The position numbers were made by a program, and so were the translations under genes. Positions 28,889 through 37,757 of a DNA stretch of 57,476 nt are shown here, in pieces. Every line of letters begins with the position of its first letter. The first letter of the stretch is position 1. Origin of the DNA: Methylomonas sp. (lineage in GTDB: Bacteria; Pseudomonadota; Gammaproteobacteria; Methylococcales; Methylomonadaceae); NCBI GenBank assembly GCA_026989395.1, contig JALSJK010000116.1, positions 1 through 57,476 of the forward strand. Direction: 5' to 3'. The notes under the pieces were generated by a model. That model ran no database searches. It worked only from the letters and a program-made list of their open reading frames with translations, and was not told where the DNA came from.

Positions 28889-29476
28889 GTGTCACAAATC
28901 TGGGTGGTCAAGCTGGGAGGGAGTTTAGCAAAATCACCTTCGTTAAAAACTTGGCTGGATAGGATTGCACAACACAAGCAACCCAGGATTGTTATTGTCC
29001 CCGGCGGCGGTGGTTTTGCTGATCAGGTGCGCATTGCTCAAAAACAATGGGGTTTTCAGGATCAGTATGCCCATCAAATGGCGCTTCTGGCAATGCGGCA
29101 GATGGCTTTGCTTTTCCAAGGTATTCAGCCAAAGTTGGCATTGGCAAGTTCATTCTTAAAAATTAATACGTTACTTGACGCAGAAAAACCTGTTGTCTGG
29201 ATGCCGGAGCTGGAAATGTTGAATAAGGCAGGGATTCCAGCAAGCTGGGATATTACCTCAGATAGCCTGGCGGCATGGCTTGCGGAACAGCTATCGGTGA
29301 CTGATCTGGTTTTGGTAAAATCAGCTTTAATTCCCAATTACTGTTCAATTGAGGAATTAATGCAAATGGGTATTGTCGATAAAGCCTTTACCCAGTATGC
29401 TAACAAGCTTAACTCTCAGATCAAGGTTATAAACCATGAGTATATTGATACATTTAGCTCCTGGTTAGTAAAATAA
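28889..29476 (+). CDS. amino-acid-kinase-fold protein (H4MPT/methanopterin-cluster associated)
   Basis: 'IWVVKLGGSL' and 'VIVPGGGGFAD' are the hallmark amino acid kinase nucleotide-binding motifs. 195 aa; translationally adjacent to its neighbours. Confidence 0.45.
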   Translation: MSQIWVVKLGGSLAKSPSLKTWLDRIAQHKQPRIVIVPGGGGFADQVRIAQKQWGFQDQYAHQMALLAMRQMALLFQGIQPKLALASSFLKINTLLDAEKPVVWMPELEMLNKAGIPASWDITSDSLAAWLAEQLSVTDLVLVKSALIPNYCSIEELMQMGIVDKAFTQYANKLNSQIKVINHEYIDTFSSWLVK

Positions 29477-30190
29477 ATGGCAGAATCCAAAAAACAACAA
29501 AATTCCACCCATAGTGTTCAAGAAGAAATGGCGAAGCAAACCCTGGATTTATTGCTCGGATATTTCTTAAGGAAATGTCGGCATCTTTATTACCGGGCAA
29601 AAGAATCCGTCGGTCATCACAAACGAGACATTGTTGTTTGCCGGGTTGAAGAAGCCTGTGAAAGTCTGGAAGAAACCAAAGTCCAGTTCGAAGATGCATT
29701 GGAACGTTTCAGAGATTTAATGCAGGTCGAAGCAGGTGGGCTGGACGTTCGCTATAAAATTCTTAAGCATCAGTTAGATCTCAGTCAGGCCAAAGCCAAT
29801 ACAGTCAGAGACAGAATTTTATCGATTGAAGAAGTTTCTGAGGCATTGTTTATAGAATGGGAAGCAGAACTGGAACAATACACAAATCGTTCCTTACGCG
29901 CACAAAGTCGCACCAAATTAAAATCATCACGGCAACGATATAGCCGATTAATAAAAACCATGCGCCAGGCCGAAGACAAAATTCAGCCAGTTTTAGCCGC
30001 TTTTAAAGATCAGGTGCTGTTTTTAAAACATAATCTGAATGCGCAGGCCATTGCGGCATTGCAACATGAATTTCTTGAAATCAGTCTGGATATTGCCCAG
30101 CTTATCAGGGCTATGGAAAAATCAATTGAAGAAGCTAATGGCTTTGTACTGACTTTGGTTGAGCAGAGGGCGTTGCCTGGTCCTCAATAA
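29477..30190 (+). CDS. hypothetical helical protein (possibly DUF2959-like)
   Basis: 237 aa, soluble and predicted alpha-helical. Its ATG abuts the upstream stop codon (TAAATG). Confidence 0.35.
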   Translation: MAESKKQQNSTHSVQEEMAKQTLDLLLGYFLRKCRHLYYRAKESVGHHKRDIVVCRVEEACESLEETKVQFEDALERFRDLMQVEAGGLDVRYKILKHQLDLSQAKANTVRDRILSIEEVSEALFIEWEAELEQYTNRSLRAQSRTKLKSSRQRYSRLIKTMRQAEDKIQPVLAAFKDQVLFLKHNLNAQAIAALQHEFLEISLDIAQLIRAMEKSIEEANGFVLTLVEQRALPGPQ

Positions 30191-30351
30191 TAGTTGTTTG
30201 CTAGGTTTTTACTGCACTAAATCCAGGGATAACATCTTGAATTGACTGCATGAAATGAAACCGGGAAAAATTCCCGCGTATTCGCAAGAAGCATTCCCGT
30301 TACATTTTTGGTTTTATGTTTGATAATGCTGGATTTTTACACGGGATTATC

Positions 30352-30870
30352 ATGAAACCAAACAGACTATTTTTCTTAATGTTGTTCCTTGTTTCTCTGG
30401 GAGTTAATGCTCATGGACCCACTCCCCAAAAGGCCGATGAAAGTATTATTATTAATGCGCCAATTGACAAAGTCTGGGTGGCGATAAAGAATTTTGACAA
30501 AATTTCAGACTGGCATCCTGATGTGCAAGCAAGTACCGGAGATGGCCAAAATAAATCAGATGGCGAGCGTATTCTGACATTATCAAATGGGGAGATTAAA
30601 GAAAGTCTGGATTATTATAGCGATGCCGATCATGAATACAGTTATCGTTTGAAAACTGAAAATACCGAAGCTTTTCCAGTGAGTTCCTATACAACTTCTA
30701 TACAATTGATAGAGGAGGGAGATAAAACCAAGGTTAAATGGAAAAGCCGGTTTTATCGGGGTGATACTGGAAACACTCCTTCAGAAAAACTGAACGATGA
30801 AGCCGCAGTGAAAGCCATGAAAGGTTTTATTCAAAATGGTTTGAAGGGTTTGAAAGAGACCTTGGAATAG
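30352..30870 (+). CDS. mxaD: MxaD-like SRPBCC-fold periplasmic protein (methanol dehydrogenase accessory)
   Basis: Signal peptide, then 'IINAPIDKVWVAIKNFDKISDWHP', typical of the polyketide-cyclase/SRPBCC fold. Lies next to mxaB and the mxa cluster. Start at the internal Met (MKPNRLFF). Confidence 0.55.
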   Translation: MKPNRLFFLMLFLVSLGVNAHGPTPQKADESIIINAPIDKVWVAIKNFDKISDWHPDVQASTGDGQNKSDGERILTLSNGEIKESLDYYSDADHEYSYRLKTENTEAFPVSSYTTSIQLIEEGDKTKVKWKSRFYRGDTGNTPSEKLNDEAAVKAMKGFIQNGLKGLKETLE

Positions 30871-30871
30871 C

Positions 30872-31852
30872 ATGTTCCGTTTAGTGTTGATCTTGTTGAT
30901 GTATTGCAATAGCGCTATCAGCAGTTCCTATTTGTTTATAAACCAGCAACAAGGAGATACTGTTAGTGTATTTGATCGTGATACGTTAAGTTTCAAGACA
31001 AAAATGCCCGCACTGGAAGGTCCTGCGGGCATTGCCATACATGGTGATAAGCCATGGATTGCTGTTACTTATCCAGAGCAGGGCATGGTCAGCTTTTTTG
31101 ATACTGAAAAACTCATTCCTTTGGAGCACCTCAGTGTTGGAGGTAGCCCTTTTGGTGTTGTTTTTGCCAACAAGCTGCTTTTTTATTCCGATTGGGATGC
31201 CGGCATAGTGGGGGTGATTCAGCCCAGTACGGGGCGAGTAATAAAAAAAATTATAGTTGGAAAATCACCGGCAGGAATAGCGACTGACGCTTGTGAATCC
31301 CAGGTCTGGGTATTAAACAGGGAAAGTAATGATGTTTTTGTGATTGACAGTAATCGGCTTAAAGTCATAAAAAAAATAACTGTTGGAGCGGCGCCTTTTG
31401 CACTTGCTTTAGATGAGCAGTTTGCCTATATCGCGAATTCTCAGGAAAACACGCTAAGTATTGTTGATTTATCAGATTTCACAGAAATAAAGCGTATAAA
31501 GGTCGGGCGTATGCCTTATGGTGTCGCAATAGACAGAAAACAGCAAAAAGTTTATGTGAGCAACCAACTGGAGAATACGGTTACTGTGCTGGACTCCCGC
31601 TCTCATAAGGTTATTAAAAGCATCGCTACCGGAGCCTATCCCGAAAACATTGCTGTCGATGAAAAAAATCGGCGATTATTTGTATTGAACTGGATGGATG
31701 CGAATATAAGTGTATTTGACAGTCAGACAGGTAAAGAGATCAAGAAAATTAATGTCGCTGAAGGAAGTCGTGCTTTTGGGCAATTTGTAAGTAATCCTGA
31801 AAAATGTCAGGCTGTGAAGGGTCTATTGAAAAAACAAGCCATGAGGAGATAG
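30872..31852 (+). CDS. YVTN-family beta-propeller repeat protein (periplasmic)
   Basis: Repeated 'V.V.D......I.VG..P.G.A' blocks (e.g. 'VWVLNRESNDVFVIDSNRLKVIKKITVGAAPFALA'). Signal peptide present. Translationally coupled to mxaD. Confidence 0.55.
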   Translation: MFRLVLILLMYCNSAISSSYLFINQQQGDTVSVFDRDTLSFKTKMPALEGPAGIAIHGDKPWIAVTYPEQGMVSFFDTEKLIPLEHLSVGGSPFGVVFANKLLFYSDWDAGIVGVIQPSTGRVIKKIIVGKSPAGIATDACESQVWVLNRESNDVFVIDSNRLKVIKKITVGAAPFALALDEQFAYIANSQENTLSIVDLSDFTEIKRIKVGRMPYGVAIDRKQQKVYVSNQLENTVTVLDSRSHKVIKSIATGAYPENIAVDEKNRRLFVLNWMDANISVFDSQTGKEIKKINVAEGSRAFGQFVSNPEKCQAVKGLLKKQAMRR

Positions 31853-31897
31853 TTGCCAAGAAAGATTCGGCATAACGATCGCCCTTATTTATTTTAC

Positions 31898-31932
31898 CAC
31901 CTGTGATCCGTATTGCAATCACGGATTCAGGT
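31898..31932. terminator. bidirectional hairpin between the convergent YVTN gene and mxaB; also a copy of the REP-like repeat
   Basis: 'CACCTGTGATCCG-tattgcaa-TCACGGATTCAGGTG' is an imperfect 13-bp stem. Confidence 0.45.
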
Positions 31933-32586
31933 GTCAGAATGTATTAACCCTTGACGGTTAGCCAGCAGTGTAAATTCGGCAACTGTTTTGGCCGCAAGTT
32001 TTTCTTTGATGGCTGTGCTGTGGTTACATACGGTTTTATAGCTTAAATGCAGTTTGGCTGCTACTTCACGAGGACTGTTGCCATTGGCCAGTAAACAAAA
32101 AACATCGAATTCACGCGGTGAAAGCAGTTTTATTTTATATTCATCGTCTTGTTCAGTAATCATGTTGACAGCAAGTTGCTGCGCCATATTCGCATCAATA
32201 TAATATTCTCCTTTAGCGATTGAACAAACAGCGGTTACTAAAGTTTCAGGTACACTGCTTTTGCTGATAAAACCTTTTGCTCCCGACTTAATAGCCCGCG
32301 TCGCATAGACAAGTTCATTGTGAATGCTGAATACCAATATTTTGCATTGAGGGTCTCGGGTAATTAGTCGCCGAATACATTCCAGTCCCCCCATTCCAGG
32401 CATTGATAAGTCCATTACTACAACATCGACAGGTTGTTGTATGTAACGTTGGCAAGCTGTTTCTCCGCAGTCTGCCTCAATAATTTCACCAATTTTTTCC
32501 GAGAAAGATAGATAAGACTTATAACCTTCTCTAACTACCGCATGGTCATCTACAAGTAATACACTGATTTTTGACATGATCAACAA
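31927..32586 (-). CDS. mxaB: NarL/FixJ-family orphan response regulator MxaB
   Basis: Receiver 'VLLVDDHAVVREGY...D' plus a C-terminal LuxR-type HTH 'LSPREFDVFCLLANGNSPREVAAKLHLSYKTVCNH'. Divergent from mxaF, as in other methylotrophs. Confidence 0.7.
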   Translation of the reverse strand: MLIMSKISVLLVDDHAVVREGYKSYLSFSEKIGEIIEADCGETACQRYIQQPVDVVVMDLSMPGMGGLECIRRLITRDPQCKILVFSIHNELVYATRAIKSGAKGFISKSSVPETLVTAVCSIAKGEYYIDANMAQQLAVNMITEQDDEYKIKLLSPREFDVFCLLANGNSPREVAAKLHLSYKTVCNHSTAIKEKLAAKTVAEFTLLANRQGLIHSDT

Positions 32587-32806
32587 AGAAAAAAATGGGC
32601 ATGATGAATAACTTTGTTGTTAAAAGAAATAGGAGCTTTTCCTTTTTGTAGCAATTATTTTATATCAGGAATTTTTCATAGACTCCTGAGTGGTTTTTTC
32701 CTGACTGGTTTGGTTATTTATTCCGTATTAAAGCCGTAGTCAAAAAACTAGAATGTATCAAAGCATTTGCCGGAATGAAGTTGGCTTGATCAGGCGGCTC
32801 GTTTTA

Positions 32807-32845
32807 AACCTGAACCCGTGACTTCACTACGGCACAGGTGACAAG
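32807..32845 (-). repeat. REP-like ~30-bp repeat copy (inverted relative to the other copies) in the mxaB-mxaF intergenic region
   Basis: 'AACCTGAACCCGTGACTTCACTACGGCACAGGTGA' is ~85% identical to the reverse complement of 121-159. Its first 15 nt are the exact reverse complement of 32958-32972. Confidence 0.5.
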
Positions 32846-32946
32846 CTTTTGATTCATCATGGGTTGAAAAAATGCTCGCTTAACCTAAGGGTGAAGCTAA
32901 GATTTTTTCAAATCCCGTGCTAAACCAATATCTTGCCCCCTGCTAT

Positions 32947-32972
32947 CCGCATTGAAATCACGGGTTCAGGTT
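32947..32972 (+). repeat. REP-like repeat copy ~70 bp upstream of the mxaF start
   Basis: 'CCGCATTGAAATCACGGGTTCAGGTT' vs 31906-31931 'CCGTATTGCAATCACGGATTCAGGTG' (22/26 identical). Confidence 0.5.
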
Positions 32973-33043
32973 AAACAAACATTTAACTGTGTCTGGCAGA
33001 TGCTTTTTTTAATCAAAAGAACTAAAGTCAATCAGGAGGAAAC

Positions 33044-34852
33044 ATGCAAATTTTAAAATTTGCTCGAAAACTGGGAACTACCGTGTTGGTTTCCAGTGCC
33101 GTTATTTCGGTGTCACAACAGGCAAATGCCAATAAAGAGCTTGATTCGCTCTCTAAGCAGAATACTAACTGGGTTATGCAAACGAAGGATTACAGTGCCA
33201 CCCATTTTAGTGAGATGTATCAAATCAACATCCAAAATGTACATAATCTAAAACCGGTGTGGTCCTTTTCAACAGGAGTTTTGAATGGTCATGAGGGAGG
33301 TCCGTTAGTTGTTGATGGGGTGATGTATATTCATTCACCGTTCCCAAATAATGTTTTTGCTCTTGATCTGGACAATCCAGATAAAATTCTATGGCAGTAT
33401 AAACCCAAACAAAACCCTGCCGCACGCGCCGTTGCCTGCTGTGATGTAGTTAACAGGGGGTTGGCTTATGCGCCTGGAACAAAAGATTACCCAGCAACAA
33501 TTTTGCTTGATCAGCTGGATGGTCATGTTGTTGCAATAGATGCTAAAACCGGAAAGTTACGATGGAAAATGGAGAACTCTGACATTGCAATGGGTTCGAC
33601 ATTGACATCAGCGCCGTTTGTTGTCAAGGATATGGTAATTGTTGGCAGCGCAGGTGCTGAGCTTGGGGTACGTGGATATGCCACCGCTTATAGCATCAAA
33701 GATGGAAAGCAGAGATGGCGTGTTTATGCCACAGGGCCGGACAAAGACCTCAAGTTAGCTTCTGATTTTAACCGACACAATCCGCACTATGGTCAATTTG
33801 GTCTTGGATTGAAAACCTGGGAGGGCGATGCCTGGAAGATTGGCGGTGGAACTAATTGGGGTTGGTATGCTTATGATCCCGAATTGGAAATGATTTATTA
33901 CGGATCGGGGAACCCGGCACCCTGGAATGAAACCATGCGTCCAGGCGACAATAAATGGACGATGACAATCTGGGGCAGAGATGTCAATAGCGGTGAGGCA
34001 AAATTCGGTTATCAAAAAACACCGCATGATGAATGGGACTATGCCGGAGTCAATTATATGGGGCTTTCTGAACAGGAAGTCAACGGCAAAATAACTAAGC
34101 TGTTAACACATCCTGATCGTAATGGATTGGTATATACATTGAACCGTGAAACCGGTGATTTGGTTAATGCATTCAAAATTGATGATACCGTAAATTGGGT
34201 TAAAAAAGTCGATTTAAAAACTGGCCTTCCAATTCGCGATCCGGAATATTCAACACATATGGATCATGAGGCAAAAGGGATTTGTCCTTCAGCAATGGGT
34301 TACCACAATCAGGGTATTGAATCTTACGATCCTAACAAAAAATTATTCTTTATGGGAACCAATCATATTTGTATGGATTGGGAGCCGTTCATGCTTCCTT
34401 ACCGTGCCGGCCAGTTTTTTGTTGGCGCAACATTGAATATGTATCCTGGACCAAAAGGCACATTAGGTCAGGTTAAAGCGATGAACTCTGTCACTGGTGA
34501 GTTTGAGTGGGAAGTACAAGAAAAATTTGCTGTTTGGGGCGGTACGATGGCGACAGCAGGTGATTTGGTTTTCTATGGCACTTTGGATGGCTACATAAAA
34601 GCACTTAACTCCAAAAATGGTGAAGAACTTTGGAAGTTTAAATTGCCTTCCGGTGTTATAGGGCATCCAATTACCTACAAACATAATGGTAAGCAGTATG
34701 TTGCTATTTATTATGGCGTAGGCGGTTGGCCAGGTGTGGGGCTGGTTTTTGATCTCCAAGATCCAACTGCCGGTCTTGGTGCAGTAGGGGCATTTAAAGA
34801 GTTGGCGCACTATACCCAAATGGGTGGTGGTGTCATGGTTTTCGCTCTGTAA
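33044..34852 (+). CDS. mxaF: PQQ-dependent methanol dehydrogenase large subunit (MxaF)
   Basis: 602 aa. Signal peptide, then mature N-terminus '[21 protein letters not shown]'. Vicinal disulfide '[12 protein letters not shown]'. W-rich PQQ propeller motifs. The 'AGGAGGA' SD lies 5 nt upstream of the ATG. mxaJ-mxaG-mxaI follow. Confidence 0.9.
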   Translation: MQILKFARKLGTTVLVSSAVISVSQQANANKELDSLSKQNTNWVMQTKDYSATHFSEMYQINIQNVHNLKPVWSFSTGVLNGHEGGPLVVDGVMYIHSPFPNNVFALDLDNPDKILWQYKPKQNPAARAVACCDVVNRGLAYAPGTKDYPATILLDQLDGHVVAIDAKTGKLRWKMENSDIAMGSTLTSAPFVVKDMVIVGSAGAELGVRGYATAYSIKDGKQRWRVYATGPDKDLKLASDFNRHNPHYGQFGLGLKTWEGDAWKIGGGTNWGWYAYDPELEMIYYGSGNPAPWNETMRPGDNKWTMTIWGRDVNSGEAKFGYQKTPHDEWDYAGVNYMGLSEQEVNGKITKLLTHPDRNGLVYTLNRETGDLVNAFKIDDTVNWVKKVDLKTGLPIRDPEYSTHMDHEAKGICPSAMGYHNQGIESYDPNKKLFFMGTNHICMDWEPFMLPYRAGQFFVGATLNMYPGPKGTLGQVKAMNSVTGEFEWEVQEKFAVWGGTMATAGDLVFYGTLDGYIKALNSKNGEELWKFKLPSGVIGHPITYKHNGKQYVAIYYGVGGWPGVGLVFDLQDPTAGLGAVGAFKELAHYTQMGGGVMVFAL

Positions 34853-34864
34853 ATAACGATTAGT

Positions 34865-34897
34865 TACCGCTGAAAATGAGCGTTGTTTTCAGCGGTA
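34865..34897 (+). terminator. intercistronic stem-loop between mxaF and mxaJ (transcript stabiliser or partial terminator)
   Basis: Perfect 12-bp stem 'TACCGCTGAAAA-tgagcgttg-TTTTCAGCGGTA'. No U-tract follows. Confidence 0.5.
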
Positions 34898-34922
34898 TCC
34901 CCTATCCGATTAAAAAAAGAAA

Positions 34923-35765
34923 ATGAAGATAAAAATAGTTTGCCTAATTGGGCTGGTAATTGTTTCAGGGTGTGCTGCAACATCAACTGAAAGAGCAAGG
35001 GTTAGTGCTCAGGATAAACCGATTCGAGTTTGTGCGGCAGAAAACGAAATGCCATATTCCAATAATCAAGGTGAAGGTTTTGAAAACAAACTGGCCGAAT
35101 TATTGGGACAGTATCTCAATCGTAAAGTTAAATATATTTACTGGAAAGATCCCCGTTACTTCATCCGCGATTTTCTGGATAAAGGTGAGTGCGATGTTGT
35201 GATTGGAGTTGATGCTGGTGATCCCCGAGTGCTGACAACCAAGCCGTACTACCGGTCTGGGTATGTCTTCATTTCACGGGAACAGGATAATCTGGATCTT
35301 GAAAACTGGGACAGCGAGATTTTACGTTCTGTTCGTCGTATAGGATTCATACCGGGTACACCTGCGGAAGTAATGATCCGTGCGATCGGTCGATACAGCG
35401 ATATGTTTAATTACAACAAGGAGCTGGTGGGTTTCAAGTCTCGCCGGAACCAGTATGTAAAATATGAAAACAGCAAGCTGGTGAATGATGTTGCCAGTGG
35501 CAAAGCAGAAGTTGCAGTAATGTGGGGCCCTGCGGCTGCACGTTATGTAAAAGCTTCATCAACACCCCTGCGTATGATAGTGATACCTGATAATAACACT
35601 CGGGCAGATGGGCAAAAAGTTGGGCATCACTATAGTACCTCAATGGCAGTTCGCAAAGAGGATGGGCGGTTGTTAAAACAGCTTGATCAATTTATTGAAC
35701 AGAAAAAATCAGAAATCGAAGAAATTCTGGAACAAGAAGGAATTCCACTGTTATCAGAAAATTAA
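34923..35765 (+). CDS. mxaJ: MxaJ, periplasmic solute-binding-protein-like methanol dehydrogenase-associated protein
   Basis: 280 aa with a signal peptide and a type-II periplasmic binding protein fold. Sits between mxaF and mxaG, as in other methylotrophs. Confidence 0.8.
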   Translation: MKIKIVCLIGLVIVSGCAATSTERARVSAQDKPIRVCAAENEMPYSNNQGEGFENKLAELLGQYLNRKVKYIYWKDPRYFIRDFLDKGECDVVIGVDAGDPRVLTTKPYYRSGYVFISREQDNLDLENWDSEILRSVRRIGFIPGTPAEVMIRAIGRYSDMFNYNKELVGFKSRRNQYVKYENSKLVNDVASGKAEVAVMWGPAAARYVKASSTPLRMIVIPDNNTRADGQKVGHHYSTSMAVRKEDGRLLKQLDQFIEQKKSEIEEILEQEGIPLLSEN

Positions 35766-35778
35766 AACAGGATAAGTA

Positions 35779-36252
35779 ATGAAATTTAAACAATTATTAG
35801 GTAGTGCACTGGTGGCAAGCGTTTTATGCTCAACGACCACCTATGCCGATATTACTTTAAGACACGCATTGACTGGCGCTGAGCTAGATTTGAGTTTTGC
35901 CAAAAAAGGAGGTGACACTGAAGCTTTTAAAGAATTTATGAAGACAGGAAAAAACCCGTATAACACGGATAAAGAAGCCATCAAAGAGGGTGAAAGTCTT
36001 TATATGACTGGGTGCTCGGGCTGTCATGGTCATGAAGCAGAAGGTAAATTAGGCCCTGGTCTGGCCGATGATTATTGGACTTACCCGCGTAACGAAACGG
36101 ATCAGGGCTTGTTCGAGCTCTTGTTTGGCGGTGCCAACGGTATGATGGGGCCACAATATGTCAATTTCAATACTGATGAAATGCTCCGCATTATGGCCTG
36201 GATACGCTCGATTTATAACGGTAATCCAAAAAAGGCGAAATGGTTAAAGTAG
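35779..36252 (+). CDS. mxaG: cytochrome cL (MxaG), electron acceptor of methanol dehydrogenase
   Basis: Signal peptide and a single 'CSGCH' heme c-binding motif; 157 aa. Confidence 0.85.
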   Translation: MKFKQLLGSALVASVLCSTTTYADITLRHALTGAELDLSFAKKGGDTEAFKEFMKTGKNPYNTDKEAIKEGESLYMTGCSGCHGHEAEGKLGPGLADDYWTYPRNETDQGLFELLFGGANGMMGPQYVNFNTDEMLRIMAWIRSIYNGNPKKAKWLK

Positions 36253-36271
36253 ATACGAGGAGAAATTTAAC

Positions 36272-36550
36272 ATGAAAAATAGTTTAAAAATGAGTGGCTT
36301 ATTAGCAGCAACAATATCTTTTTCAGTACAAGCTTATGATGGAACAAATTGTAAAGAACCGGGAAACTGCTGGGAGCCCAAGCCGGGTTATCCCGCTCAA
36401 GTGGCGGGAAGCAAGTATGATCCCAAGCATGATCCCAATGAACTGAATAAACAATCACAGTCTATTAAAGAGATGGAAGCGCGTAATCAAAAGCGTTGGG
36501 AGCATCTTAATAAAACGGGTGAGTTTGTTTATGACGTGGATGAGATCTGA
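36272..36550 (+). CDS. mxaI: methanol dehydrogenase small (beta) subunit MxaI
   Basis: 'YDGTNCKEPGNCWEPKPGYPAQVAGSKYDPKHDPNELNKQ' matches the conserved MxaI mature sequence; 92 aa precursor. Confidence 0.9.
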   Translation: MKNSLKMSGLLAATISFSVQAYDGTNCKEPGNCWEPKPGYPAQVAGSKYDPKHDPNELNKQSQSIKEMEARNQKRWEHLNKTGEFVYDVDEI

Positions 36551-36665
36551 AGCATCTCCTCTCTGGCAAGTTTAATCTTGCCTCCTCATGGGTGTTAGAC
36601 AAATCTGTCTATGCCGAACTGGAAACAGCCGAGCTGATTCCAGCAAAGACTAATATTAGGCTCAT

Positions 36666-36698
36666 ACTCCAGTCCTCCTTCTGGGCTGGAGTTTTTTT
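36666..36698 (+). terminator. rho-independent terminator/attenuator between mxaI and mxaR
   Basis: Stem 'ACTCCAG...CTGGAGT' followed by 'TTTTTTT', ending 12 nt before the mxaR start codon (TTG). Confidence 0.6.
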
Positions 36699-36709
36699 GG
36701 ACGATAGTT

Positions 36710-37723
36710 TTGAATAATCAACTTAGCGATTGGCGTGAACAAGCCTTACAATTTGAACAACAAATCAACCGGACTGTTTTAGGTCAGCAACAAGCGATAA
36801 GAAATTGCATTATCTCGGTTTTTGCGCGCGGCCATGTGTTATTGGAAGGGGGTGTTGGCGTGGGAAAAACAACACTGCTAAGAGCAATAGCGCAGGGACT
36901 TGGAGGAGCTTATCAGCGTATCGAGGGAACGATAGATTTAATGCCTGCCGATTTGATTTATTACACTTATCTCGATAATAAAGGCAAGCCGCAGGTGGAC
37001 CCCGGGCCTCTGCTTAAACAAGGTGAAAACCTGGCAACCTTTTTCTTTAATGAGATAAACCGGGCTAGACCCCAAGTTCATTCTCTGCTGCTCAGAGTGA
37101 TGGCTGAGCGCAGTGTTAGTGCCTTTAATCAAGTGTATCAGTTTCCCCATATACAGGTTTTTGCAGACAGAAACCGGATAGAAAAAGAAGAAACATTTGA
37201 ATTGCCTGCTGCTGCTCGTGATCGTTTCATGATGGAAATTAACATTGACATGCCGGATGATGATGTTCATTTGACTGAGCTGGCTTTTAATTCCCGTTTT
37301 CACGATGTTGATAAGTTGATTGGCGCAGTAGAGCCAGGAAAGATTGCATATTTTGAATTGAATGAATTGGCAATGCAGATTCAACAGACTATTCAATCAA
37401 GCTCGGCATTGAAAAAATATGTTCTTGATTTATGGAAAGCAAGCAAACACCCTGAAAAATACGGTATCAGACTCAGTGATACTGAGATGGAGCAATTAAT
37501 TCAGTCGGGAGCCAGCCCCAGAGGGGTTAGTTATTTAATCAGAGCGGCCAAGGTCAATGCCTGGATGGCAAACAGGACATCTTTATTGCCAGAAGATATA
37601 CAAGCAGTATTTCCCGTGACTATGGGACACCGAATTTTTTTAAGTCCAGTTTATAGCTATCGCAAAGAGCAGCTGCTACCCGAACTAATCACAAATATTC
37701 TTGAAAGGATTGCCGCGCCGTAG
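36710..37723 (+). CDS. mxaR: MoxR-family AAA+ ATPase MxaR
   Basis: Walker A 'GGVGVGKTTLLRAIAQ' and Walker B 'LATFFFNEINRARPQV'; 337 aa. Apparent TTG start. Confidence 0.85.
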   Translation: MNNQLSDWREQALQFEQQINRTVLGQQQAIRNCIISVFARGHVLLEGGVGVGKTTLLRAIAQGLGGAYQRIEGTIDLMPADLIYYTYLDNKGKPQVDPGPLLKQGENLATFFFNEINRARPQVHSLLLRVMAERSVSAFNQVYQFPHIQVFADRNRIEKEETFELPAAARDRFMMEINIDMPDDDVHLTELAFNSRFHDVDKLIGAVEPGKIAYFELNELAMQIQQTIQSSSALKKYVLDLWKASKHPEKYGIRLSDTEMEQLIQSGASPRGVSYLIRAAKVNAWMANRTSLLPEDIQAVFPVTMGHRIFLSPVYSYRKEQLLPELITNILERIAAP

Positions 37724-37757
37724 TGGAACAACTCATTATTATAAAAAATATCAAGTC

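Noticed and set aside
36938-37396. 152-aa antisense ORF inside mxaR, and similar antisense ORFs inside mxaC (40612..41007), mxaL (42257..42583) and the flotillin gene (47840..48645)
   Set aside because: They are embedded in confidently assigned CDSs on the opposite strand. They have no RBS or family signal and are interpreted as shadow ORFs.
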